Below are positions 1 through 9,061 of a DNA stretch of 36,084 nt, piece by piece. The notes beneath the pieces are model-generated. The model ran no database searches. It had not been told where the DNA came from and was given only the letters and a program-made list of their open reading frames with translations. The DNA comes from an uncultured Methanospirillum sp. (GTDB lineage: Archaea; Halobacteriota; Methanomicrobia; Methanomicrobiales; Methanospirillaceae). The number at the start of each line of letters is the position of its first letter. Position 1 is the first letter of the stretch. The position numbers and the translations under genes are program-made. Location of the stretch: the NCBI GenBank assembly GCA_964637135.1, contig CAZWTX010000028.1:1-36084 (forward strand), in the 5' to 3' direction.

Positions 1-2
1 TC

Positions 3-554
3 CCGTCCGGGCTTGCTGCAGGTTCATACCTGATTACGGTGTCTGCCGGTGGCGGGGAAACCACGGGCAGTACCCGGCCTGAAACCGTCTCTGACAGCGA
101 GAAAATCATCTTCGCCAATGACCCGGTTCAGGAGGAGATGAGCGATCAAAAGAAGATGCCACCGGAAAAAACTCCTCCCTATCTCTCCATCGATGCTCTT
201 CCGGAGATGGAGATCGATGAAAAATATGTCATTTCCGGTACAACGAATCTTCCATCCGGAGAGGTGCTATTATTTCAGGTCAGCACCCCCGGGGCGATGA
301 CAAATTATAATTTTTCCTTTAACCCGCGTGATAAAACGCAATCCGGGGATATATCGGGTGTTGTGGGATGCACACCCGTGGAGAACGGCAGCGGAACGGA
401 AAACCTCTGGTCGTTTGACTTTGATACGTATTTCCAGAAACCCGGGGAGTATGGGGTAAATATCAGTAATGCAGGACTCTATCCCGGTACCATGGAGATG
501 ACTCCTGCGACTGCTTCCTGCTCACGGACATTTACGCTTCATGGAGGCGACTGA
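3..554 (+). CDS. 5'-truncated hypothetical protein with a Methanomicrobiales-type Ig-like surface domain
   Basis: The frame is open from position 3 (PSGLAAGSYLITVSAGG...), so the real start lies upstream of the window. The motif PYLSIDAL...YVISGTTNLPSGEVLLFQV...NLWSFDFDT...PGEY resembles beta-sandwich domains of methanogen surface proteins. Confidence 0.6.
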   Translation, partial: PSGLAAGSYLITVSAGGGETTGSTRPETVSDSEKIIFANDPVQEEMSDQKKMPPEKTPPYLSIDALPEMEIDEKYVISGTTNLPSGEVLLFQVSTPGAMTNYNFSFNPRDKTQSGDISGVVGCTPVENGSGTENLWSFDFDTYFQKPGEYGVNISNAGLYPGTMEMTPATASCSRTFTLHGGD

Positions 555-1132
555 TGAAATACCTGACATACCTTATTCTATCAGTAATAACTGCCTGCCT
601 GGTGGCATCACTGATCGGATGGTCCATCGCTACCGGCTATCTCATCGTTCCGGTTATTGCCATTCCGCTTGGGGTGATCGTCATCCTGGCATGCCGGCAG
701 CATGTTGATGTCATCCTGAAGGATGATCGTGTCCGAGAGATTCATTCGCTTGCAGCACTGCGGACACTTGAAATAGGGATTATTCTCGGGGCAATCGGGG
801 CCGTCATCCTCTATGCATACGTGATCAGTGATCCGCTCGCCCCAATCATAACGGGAAAATATTATACGAACGAAGACGGGATGAGATCCATGGAGATTAC
901 CCTGTACCAACCGGGATTTCCGGGTAGTCCTGCCCGTCTCATCCGTTCAACAACAATCCCGGATGTCGATGCCATGAACGAATTTGAAGCCATGGAATAC
1001 TGCCAGTTCCGCCGGGAAAGTTTCCAGGATAATGAGCGGAAAGGGGTTGCAGGAATGACCCTCGCCGGCGGAGTCATCTCCCTCCTGGCACTCTTCGGAG
1101 TGTTTAATCTCTATTACAGCCGTAAATACTGA
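554..1132 (+). CDS. DUF2178-like membrane protein
   Basis: Two N-terminal TM helices, then DDRVREIHSLAALRTLEI, a further TM, a soluble insert and a C-terminal TM ending YYSRKY. The ATG overlaps the upstream TGA, and the gene is paired with an XRE gene as is usual for this family. Confidence 0.75.
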   Translation: MKYLTYLILSVITACLVASLIGWSIATGYLIVPVIAIPLGVIVILACRQHVDVILKDDRVREIHSLAALRTLEIGIILGAIGAVILYAYVISDPLAPIITGKYYTNEDGMRSMEITLYQPGFPGSPARLIRSTTIPDVDAMNEFEAMEYCQFRRESFQDNERKGVAGMTLAGGVISLLALFGVFNLYYSRKY

Positions 1133-1146
1133 AGACCTAGGTTCCC

Positions 1147-1371
1147 ATGAAAAACCGGATAAAAGTACTGAGAGCCGAGCATGACATGACCCAGGAAGCG
1201 CTTGCAAAACTCATCGGGGTAACCAGAAATACCATAATTTCCATTGAAAAGGACAAATACTGCCCCTCGATGAAGGTTGGGTTCCGGATTGCCCGGGTCT
1301 TCGGGGTGGGGCTTGAGGATGTCTTTGCCTATGAAGAGGAGAAAGACGGTCCTGCAGCTGAAATTGAATAA
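1147..1371 (+). CDS. XRE/Cro-CI family HTH transcriptional regulator
   Basis: MKNRIKVLRAEHDMTQEALAKLIGVTRNTIISIEKDKYCPS is a classic HTH_3 pattern. Confidence 0.95.
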   Translation: MKNRIKVLRAEHDMTQEALAKLIGVTRNTIISIEKDKYCPSMKVGFRIARVFGVGLEDVFAYEEEKDGPAAEIE

Positions 1372-1682
1372 CCAGACTTCATCCCCGGTCTGTCCGGGAA
1401 CAATTCGCTCGTTCGCAGGTTGTCTCCGTCCGGGGTATTTCCCGGGAACGGGGGGTGCCCACCCGGGAACCCGGGGAGACGGACCCGGCTGCCTGTTCGC
1501 CTGGTGCCTGATTCAAAGATAATTAATACCTGCAGGCCCGATGAAGGAGAAGGTATGGTATAACCAGCAGGACCGGTCAGTCCTGTTCGGTCTAACTGGC
1601 AGAAATCTGGCATTTTCGGATGGATTAACCCATCCGGAACGGATAGACTGTCAGATTATGACCCTACTACCCGGGTATTTCC

Positions 1683-2619
1683 ATGATAACAGTCCTCTGT
1701 GTTGCTGACGAGGGCACCCTCCTCCATGATATCAAAGACGTGCTTGGGCAGTCAGGTGAGTTCAGGGTGGATACCTGCGGCTCGGCAGAGGAAGCCCGTG
1801 ATATTCTTCGCAACCAGTTGTACGATATGGTCGTGTCAGATTTTACTCTCCCGGGAATGGACGGGATTGCCTTCCTTACGACATTGAAAACACAATCGCA
1901 CGATGTTTCCTTCATCCTCCTGATTGATCCCGGTCAGGAGGAAATGGGAATCGAAGCCATTTCCCGGGGGGCCGCCTTTTATCTCCAAAAAACTGCAGAC
2001 CCCCAGATCCTCGCCGGTTCTCTGATCCATCTGATCAGGCAGGCGGCGCGATGCGAACATGCCGGGAATAATCTCCAGGTGTATGAAGGATTATTCAACA
2101 GAATCGCTGAACGCGAATCTCTTTTCATTCTCATCCTGGATACTACTCTCACGGTCCGGCATGCTTCTCTGAATAGTCTGACGATGACCCGGGATAATCC
2201 TGAAGAATTCATAGGAAAACCCGTGGAATCCATCTGTTCTTTGATCTTTCCCGTAAATGGTCCGATTATTCTCTCCGCTGTCACCACTGCTATGACGGGA
2301 AAGAGGATCGACAATATCGAGATAGAGGAAAAAAGATCAGACGGAACCGGCATTTTCTTCAGTCTTTTTGCCGAGCCGATCCGGTCACGGGGAACAGTGA
2401 CCGGTGTGCAGGTCATGATGCATGATATCACCCCGGTCAAAAAGATGCAACAGGCACTTGCCGAGAGCGAGAACAAGTACCGGGTTCTCTTTGATAACGC
2501 GATCCTTGGCATATTCAGATCAACACCGGCCGGGCAGTATCTCGATATTAATCCGGCTTTTTCCCATATTGCCGGGTATGACTCTCCTGAAGAGATGATG
2601 TCGGAGATTCATGAGATCG
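1683..2619 (+). CDS. N-terminal part of a hybrid sensor protein: receiver domain plus PAS domains, running into the assembly gap
   Basis: REC motifs (VLCVADE, DMVVSDFTLPGMDGIAFL, FYLQK), a PAS ending MHDIT and a second PAS starting YRVLFDNAILGIF, cut by Ns at 2620. Confidence 0.85.
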
Positions 2620-2719
2620 NNNNNNNNNNNNNNNNNNNNNNNNNNNNNNNNNNNNNNNNNNNNNNNNNNNNNNNNNNNNNNNNNNNNNNNNNNNNNNNNN
2701 NNNNNNNNNNNNNNNNNNN
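2620..2719. other. Scaffold gap (100 N)
   Basis: A run of exactly 100 N, typical of a placeholder for a gap of unknown size. Confidence 0.98.
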
Positions 2720-5700
2720 CTGGAGGAGTTGTCGGGAGCAGAGGAAGAACTAAAAGAACAATTAAACGAGGTTTTTTCGGCACGATTCGAGATTGAAGAG
2801 CGGGAACTGAGATTCAGGCAACTCTTTAAAGAAAATGACATGGGGATCGCGGTGCATGAAATCATCTGTGATGAGACCGGAACACCGGTTGATTACCGGT
2901 TTCTCGATGTCAATCCTGCCTTTGAAAAACTGACCGGATTGTCAGCAGATTCTCTCATCGGCAGGACAGCGCGAGAGGTATTGCCTGGGATCGAGCAGTA
3001 CTGGATAGATATATATGGTCATGTAGCCCTCACCGGGGAAACAACCCATTTTGAGAATTACAGCCGGGCTCTCGGAAGATATTATGAGGTAACTGCGTAC
3101 TTGACTCAAAAAGGCCAGTTTGCCACCCTCTTCCAGGATATAACCGAACGGATAGCCTTTGAGAATGAGATACAGAAGACAAATGCCTACCTTGAGAGCC
3201 TCATCTCCCATGCAAATGTTCCAATCGTGGTCTGGGATGCCTCCTTAAAGATCACCCGGATTAACCACTCCTTTGACCTGCTTATCGGGCGTTCAGAACA
3301 GGAACTAGTCAGTCAGCCGGTATCCATTCTCTTCCCCCCCAATCAAGCTGAATCCTCCCTGGAACTCTTCCGTTCGACACTCGATGGGGTCAGCCTCGAG
3401 TCTCTGAAGCTTGATCTCCAGCATCGGGACGGCTCGGTAAAAACAGTCCTGTGGAATACTGCAACCATTTTTACCCCGGACGGCTCCACTCCGGTTGCCA
3501 CCATCGCCCAGGGAAGGGATATCACGAGTGAACAACTCCTGGAACGTGAGAAAAATACCGCAACATTACAGATACAGGAGAATATCGCAAAACTTGCCAT
3601 CCTGAATGACGGGATCAGAAACCCGCTCTCGATCATTTCCCTTGTGACCAGTGCTATCAGCGATTCTGAAGTAGCAGGCATCGTCCTGGAACAGGTAACT
3701 CGTATCGATGAGATGGTATCCGGGCTGGACCGGGAATGGATACGGTCAGTCTCGATTCTCGACTTTTTGCGCAAGCACGAGAACATCCTCGGTAGTGGCA
3801 CTTCTCCCCTCTGTTCCGGTGATTCAGAGGCCGGTATCAATCTGTCAGAAGGTGAATGCTCCACAACATCCCCTCCCGAACAGGTTTCTGCTGAAACGGA
3901 ACCGATACCCCGGGCAGAAACCGTGAACCTTCTCAAGGAATCGTTTCATTCAGGACCTGACGGGATCATCATCCTTGAGACCGGAAACGGAAGAATTGTC
4001 ACGGCGAACAATGCTGCCTGTCGTATCCTTGACTGTTCTTTAGGGGATCTGGTAGAACCCGGGAGTAATGATCCGGAGTCCCGGCCGGGATATGTCGATT
4101 GGAAGGCGATTCTCGGTCAGGTACGAACCTTTGGACGATTGGAAGGGTATGAACTGGCGATCCGGAAGAAAAACGGCGAAGATTTGAGTATTTCCATATC
4201 GGCTGATACTGTCGTCATCGACGGCACTGAGTACCTGATATGCACCATTCGTACCCTCATCGTGAATGAATCAAAGGACGGGTCAGGTTATGGCACCGAT
4301 GAAAAATATCAGGCGCTCGTTGAGTATTCACTGGAACCGCATCTCATCATCGATCCCGGCGGTACCATTCTCTATGCAAACGCCACAGCACGCCGTCTCA
4401 TGGCAATATCAGACGAAAAAGGGATGGACCGCGTCAGAAATGTCATGACGTTCGTCGCTCCCGAGTCACGTGATGATGTAATCCGTGATTTTAATCAGGT
4501 ATCCCGGGGGATTGACGGGTATATTGCCCGGTACAAGATCATTACCGGTGATGGCCAGGAGCGGTGGATCGAAAGCATCGGACGATTGATTCAGAGCGGT
4601 GAGAATGCATCCATCCTGCTCTCTCTTCGTGATATTACCGATCAGCATATATCAGAGATCCGGCTCATGGAACGGGAGAAGACATTCCGGACCATCTTTG
4701 AGAACAGCCCGTATCCTATAGCGATGAACAGTTTTCCGGAATACCGTTTTATTGAGGTCAATCCCTCATTCCTTACGGCGAGCGGGTTTTCCGCTGAAGA
4801 GGTTATCGGGAAAAATCCCGTTGAGATCGGCATTATCTCCCCGGGAGAAGCAGCGAAACTCATATCCCGGCGAATCCTGTATGGAAAAATTGATCATGCA
4901 CCCCTGGTACTGACCGTGAAGGATGGCAGACGTGTTCATGTTCAGTTCACGACGATTCCGGTTACCATCAATGAAACCCCGGTTATGCTCACGGTTACTG
5001 CTGAGGTCACCGCGTTAAAGAGGACTGAAGAAGAACTTCTCCGTACGAATGAAGAACTCAATGCGGCATATGATGAACTTCGTGCCAGTGAAGAGAAATA
5101 CCGTCATCTAACCGAAGTAACCAACGATATCATCTACCTGACTGATCCCACCGGGGTGATTATCCATGTCAGCCCCCAGGTTTCGCGGTATGGATTCACC
5201 ACGGAAGAGGTTATCTCTCATCATCTTGCCGAATTTATTTATGAAGACGATCTGTCGGTCGTTCATGCAGGCATGGAAAAAACCCTTCATGCCCGTCATC
5301 CCCTGATAACCCTGTTCAGGATCCGAGATAAAGCGGGAAATATCCGCTGGCTTGAAAATAACGGCGGTCCGGTTTCCGATAAATACGGGACGGTCACGGG
5401 CATCTCCGGGATTCTCCGGGATGTTACCGAACGCACCCGGCTCGAGGAAGCACTCCGGAAGAGCGAGGAACAGTTCCGGATTCTGGTCCAGAATGCACTT
5501 GAGGGAATAATAATCATTGATTTCTCAGGCTCTCTTCTCTTTGCCAACCCGGCAGCAGGGTTCATCATGAATGTCCCGGATCCTGAAGGGATGATCGGAA
5601 CGATAAATGTCCTCGATTTTGTCGCACCTGAGTCCCACGATGCTGTGCTTCATGATATCAGCCAGGTTGCGATGGGCATCGATGCCTATCTCGTTCATTA

Positions 5701-6895
5701 TAAACTCATCACCCTGGACAGACGGGAGATCTGGGTGGAATGTATCGGGAAAAAGGTTCCATTTGGAGATACCGATGCCATGCTGGTCTCAATGCGGGAT
5801 GTCACCGAACGGGTTGCCGTGGATGAGGCGATCCGCGAATCCGGGAAAAAGTTTGCCAAGTTATTCCAGAACAATCCAGCGACGCTGACCCTGGTCTCTG
5901 CGACTGACGGGAGATTTGTGGATGTGAATGAATCTTTCCAGATACTGAGCGGATATACCCGCGATGAGGTTGTCGGCCGGACAGCAGAAGAGATTGGTAT
6001 TTTTTCAGATCAAACCGAGGTCAGGGAGATGCTCGTAAAAATACAGCGGGGAGAGCCGTTATTTGGCATGGAATTACATTGCCGGATAAAAACCGGTGAG
6101 ATACGGGAGTGTCTCTTCTCTTCAGGATTCATTCTCATGGGTGGTAAACCTCATATCCTCTCGACGATCGAGGATATAACAGAACAGAAGAATGCAGAAC
6201 GGCTGATGCGTGAAAGTGAAAAACGGCTGAGAAAGGCGAATCGTCAGCTCAGTCTGCTGACCGGTATAACCCGGCATGATATCCTCAACAGCACCTCCGC
6301 GATAAATATCATCCTCGAATTAATCCGGGTAAAAAACTCTGATCATACCCTGAATGAACACCTCGCCCAGATAGAGATGGCAACTGAAGCGATCCAGTCA
6401 CAGATTGAATTCACCCGGGTGTATGAGGATCTTGGATCCCAGGATCCGGTGTGGATCGCCGTTTCCCCCCTCATTCATCGTCTGGTAATCCCTGATATCA
6501 TGACTCTTTCGGCCAGTGTTGATGATATCTGTGTATTTGCAGATCCGATGCTCGAAAAAGTCTTCCAGAACCTTCTGGATAATACGGTACGACACGGTGG
6601 AGGGGTGACTGAGATCTGCATCTCTGCAGCTGTATCCGGTGAAAACCTGGTACTCGTATGGAGTGATAACGGAGTCGGTATTCCTACTGATGATAAGGAA
6701 CTGATTTTTGACCGGGGGTTTGGAAAAAATACCGGTTTGGGCTTGTTCCTTGCCCGGGAGATCCTCTCCCTTACCGATATCTCCATCAGGGAGGCCGGTG
6801 AAGAAGGAGGAGGGGCACGGTTTGAACTGGTGGTACCGGAAGCCTGCTTCAAATATCGTGGAAATGATGGTTGTGACGGGAACACGGATGGATGA
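2720..6895 (+). CDS. C-terminal part of a multi-PAS histidine kinase (about 8 PAS, internal His-less HisKA-like segment, HisKA, HATPase_c)
   Basis: The frame is open from the gap edge (LEELSGAEEELKEQL coiled coil). Repeated PAS/PAC ends (QDIT, RDIT, RDVT, EDIT), H-box TRHDILN, N-box VFQNLLDNTVRHG, G1 DNGVGI and G2 GFGKNTGLGL are present. Confidence 0.9.
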   Translation: MEELSGAEEELKEQLNEVFSARFEIEERELRFRQLFKENDMGIAVHEIICDETGTPVDYRFLDVNPAFEKLTGLSADSLIGRTAREVLPGIEQYWIDIYGHVALTGETTHFENYSRALGRYYEVTAYLTQKGQFATLFQDITERIAFENEIQKTNAYLESLISHANVPIVVWDASLKITRINHSFDLLIGRSEQELVSQPVSILFPPNQAESSLELFRSTLDGVSLESLKLDLQHRDGSVKTVLWNTATIFTPDGSTPVATIAQGRDITSEQLLEREKNTATLQIQENIAKLAILNDGIRNPLSIISLVTSAISDSEVAGIVLEQVTRIDEMVSGLDREWIRSVSILDFLRKHENILGSGTSPLCSGDSEAGINLSEGECSTTSPPEQVSAETEPIPRAETVNLLKESFHSGPDGIIILETGNGRIVTANNAACRILDCSLGDLVEPGSNDPESRPGYVDWKAILGQVRTFGRLEGYELAIRKKNGEDLSISISADTVVIDGTEYLICTIRTLIVNESKDGSGYGTDEKYQALVEYSLEPHLIIDPGGTILYANATARRLMAISDEKGMDRVRNVMTFVAPESRDDVIRDFNQVSRGIDGYIARYKIITGDGQERWIESIGRLIQSGENASILLSLRDITDQHISEIRLMEREKTFRTIFENSPYPIAMNSFPEYRFIEVNPSFLTASGFSAEEVIGKNPVEIGIISPGEAAKLISRRILYGKIDHAPLVLTVKDGRRVHVQFTTIPVTINETPVMLTVTAEVTALKRTEEELLRTNEELNAAYDELRASEEKYRHLTEVTNDIIYLTDPTGVIIHVSPQVSRYGFTTEEVISHHLAEFIYEDDLSVVHAGMEKTLHARHPLITLFRIRDKAGNIRWLENNGGPVSDKYGTVTGISGILRDVTERTRLEEALRKSEEQFRILVQNALEGIIIIDFSGSLLFANPAAGFIMNVPDPEGMIGTINVLDFVAPESHDAVLHDISQVAMGIDAYLVHYKLITLDRREIWVECIGKKVPFGDTDAMLVSMRDVTERVAVDEAIRESGKKFAKLFQNNPATLTLVSATDGRFVDVNESFQILSGYTRDEVVGRTAEEIGIFSDQTEVREMLVKIQRGEPLFGMELHCRIKTGEIRECLFSSGFILMGGKPHILSTIEDITEQKNAERLMRESEKRLRKANRQLSLLTGITRHDILNSTSAINIILELIRVKNSDHTLNEHLAQIEMATEAIQSQIEFTRVYEDLGSQDPVWIAVSPLIHRLVIPDIMTLSASVDDICVFADPMLEKVFQNLLDNTVRHGGGVTEICISAAVSGENLVLVWSDNGVGIPTDDKELIFDRGFGKNTGLGLFLAREILSLTDISIREAGEEGGGARFELVVPEACFKYRGNDGCDGNTDG

Positions 6896-7103
6896 TGCCA
6901 TGTACCAGTATCGATGAGGCCTCTCTTCTTCATCCATATCCATGGCACTTTCCCGTCTCGAAATAAGGTACCTGTACCTTTTTTTGTGTATACCCGGGCA
7001 CTCATTCCGCCTGTCGGAGTTAATTCCGGCTTTTAAAAGAATGTCACCTTCTCTGATGCAAACATTCAACATGGATCTCCCCAGATAATCACGTTGTATC
7101 AGT

Positions 7104-7619
7104 ATGGATCCCTTTACTACAGCCCAATGGTCTCCATATCTGGCGGGAGCCGGAATAGGGATTATCGTCTGCCTGGCTATGCTTTTGTCGGGAAAACCCC
7201 TCGGAACCGGGACCACCTTCACGGGTATTGCCGGTATGGCAGGGAGTATTATATGGGGACGAAAAAAGATCGCTGAAATGCTGTACTTCAGAATGTTTCC
7301 GCTGGAGATCGAATGGCAGTGGATGCTTGTCCTCGGTATTGTGCTTGGAGGCCTGATCAGTTCCGCACTCTCCGGGAGTTTTAGGATCAGCTGGATTCCC
7401 CCGGCTTTTTTGGCCCAGTTTGGAGACAGCCCCCCGCTCAGGATTATAACTGCCCTCATCGGGGGGATCATCGTCGGTATCGGGGCACGATGGTGCTGGG
7501 GATGTCCGAGCAGTCATGGTATGTGTGGAATTCCCCAGCTTTCGCTGGCAAGTTTCGTTGCCGTTGCATGCATGTTTGCGGTTGGTATCGGGACCGCTTT
7601 TATATTGTTTTCCCTCTAG
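7104..7619 (+). CDS. YeeE/YedE family (thiosulfate/sulfur-compound transporter) half protein
   Basis: WSPYLAGAGIG, LGIVLGGLISS and GGIIVGIGARWCWGCPSSHG match the YeeE/YedE GC motif. The protein is hydrophobic. Confidence 0.88.
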   Translation: MDPFTTAQWSPYLAGAGIGIIVCLAMLLSGKPLGTGTTFTGIAGMAGSIIWGRKKIAEMLYFRMFPLEIEWQWMLVLGIVLGGLISSALSGSFRISWIPPAFLAQFGDSPPLRIITALIGGIIVGIGARWCWGCPSSHGMCGIPQLSLASFVAVACMFAVGIGTAFILFSL

Positions 7620-8186
7620 GTGAAACGAATGTTTGAATCACTCCATAACAACAAACCGGTTCAACTGTTGCTTGGTCTGATCCTTGGTACCGGGTTTGGA
7701 TTTCTCCTTCAGAAAGGAAACGTGGCCTCGTACGATGTTATCATCGGTCAGTTACTACTGACAGACTTTACAGTCCTGAAACTGATGCTCTCTGCAGTTC
7801 TGGTCAGCATGATCCTCCTTCATATCATGAAATACTTCGGGTGGATCACTTTTCATATCTTCCCGGGTTCTCTGGGCTCCAGTGCTCTTGGAGGGTGCAT
7901 TTTTGGGATAGGTTTTGCAGTTCTGGGATTATGCCCGGGAACCCTTGCTGCTGCCATCGGAACAGGCCAGATGGATACGCTTCTTGGGGGAGCGGTGGGC
8001 ATGGTCATCGGAACAGGAGTCTTTGCGTATTCCTACCCGATTATAAATGAAAAGTTCATGGACCGCGGAGTATTTCCTGCTGTAACTATTCCCGGTCTGC
8101 TTCAAATCCCCGACTGGATTGTCGTGGTCATGATGGCTGTTATTATCGTCGGTTTCCTTCTCATGCTTGAATACCTCGGATTATAA
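7620..8186 (+). CDS. YeeE/YedE family second half protein
   Basis: GFGFLLQKG, DFTVLKLMLSA and GGCIFGIGFAVLGLCPGT. It abuts the previous gene; the start is GTG 7620 or ATG 7629. Confidence 0.88.
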   Translation: MKRMFESLHNNKPVQLLLGLILGTGFGFLLQKGNVASYDVIIGQLLLTDFTVLKLMLSAVLVSMILLHIMKYFGWITFHIFPGSLGSSALGGCIFGIGFAVLGLCPGTLAAAIGTGQMDTLLGGAVGMVIGTGVFAYSYPIINEKFMDRGVFPAVTIPGLLQIPDWIVVVMMAVIIVGFLLMLEYLGL

Positions 8187-8284
8187 CCTTTTTTCAATCC
8201 AGGAGGCCGGGGTCCACAATCGTGAATTGCTCATGAGATACCTATATCCGCCCGGATGCATAGTTCCATACAGGTGAACAGGGA

Positions 8285-8998
8285 ATGCAGGATACGATCC
8301 GGACAAAAATTGATTACCAGAATGTTGCCAGCGTTTTAAAAGACCTTCTTCACCTCGAAGGTTCGCCGGTGGCAGTTAAATTCATCACGAGTGCAGATCA
8401 CCTGCCGCAGGGGATGAAACAGGTTGGAGAGACAATTCCCCATTGCCAGATGGTCAACCGGGCCCGGAAAGAGGGTGAGATATTCTATTCGACCAAGGAG
8501 AACCACAGTTGCATGGGCGGATCCTGGGCACTCGGTCTCCGGGAGATCACGTCGACCCTGAAAACCGGGGAGTTCTACTATAAACTGGGGAAATACGACA
8601 GCTGGCCGTCATGCAAGCGAACCATCGACCGGATTCCCCACGTAGAATCGGGAGCAACCTATGCTATTGCCTATGCCCCGCTGGAAAAGACGCCGTTTGA
8701 TCCGACCATCGTCCTGATTGTCACTACCCCGAAGATGATGCTGAAACTCGCCCAGAGTAGTTTATACCATCTTGGGGGACGGATATCCGCGAATTTTGCC
8801 GGGATCCAATCGGTCTGTGCCGATGCCACGGCACAGGTTTACCTGACCGGGGCCGTAAACTTCTCGCTGGGGTGCGACGGTTCACGGAAGTACTCCGGGA
8901 TCCAGGAGCAGGAGATGGTGATGGGGATTCCTGCCGAGATGCTGCCGTTGATCATCGAGGCACTGCCGGTGGTTGTCGGTGCCGCCGGGTCGTCATAA
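8285..8998 (+). CDS. DUF169 domain protein
   Basis: LEGSPVAVKF, HCQMVNRAR, SCMGGSWALG, QSVCAD and SLGCDGSR are conserved Cys motifs of DUF169 (COG2043). Confidence 0.88.
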   Translation: MQDTIRTKIDYQNVASVLKDLLHLEGSPVAVKFITSADHLPQGMKQVGETIPHCQMVNRARKEGEIFYSTKENHSCMGGSWALGLREITSTLKTGEFYYKLGKYDSWPSCKRTIDRIPHVESGATYAIAYAPLEKTPFDPTIVLIVTTPKMMLKLAQSSLYHLGGRISANFAGIQSVCADATAQVYLTGAVNFSLGCDGSRKYSGIQEQEMVMGIPAEMLPLIIEALPVVVGAAGSS

Positions 8999-9018
8999 CA
9001 TTTTCAGGGAACCGGATG

Positions 9019-9052
9019 ATCCCGGGGTATCCCGGGATGAAGAATCTTTTTT
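9019..9052. terminator. Hairpin plus T-tract between the convergent DUF169 and GntP genes
   Basis: ATCCCGGG-gtat-CCCGGGAT (9019-9038) followed by a T6 run. Confidence 0.45.
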
Positions 9053-9061
9053 CCTGCCTTT

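Noticed and set aside
1450..1536. Resemblance to a TPP riboswitch (GGGGTGC...CCTGAT...TAATACC) or ZTP riboswitch (CCGGGGAG...CGCCTGG)
   Set aside because: It lacks the TPP CTGAGA and P5 pairing and the ZTP GACTGGCG pseudoknot strand. The downstream gene is a sensor kinase, not a thiamine or purine gene.
2620..2753. Apparent frameshift between ORFs 1683-2753 and 2729-6895
   Set aside because: This is explained by the arbitrary 100-N gap length, so it is not evidence for a pseudogene or programmed frameshift.
6398..7471. 357-aa minus-strand ORF
   Set aside because: It is antisense to the kinase and YeeE genes and has no recognisable motifs, so it is a shadow ORF.
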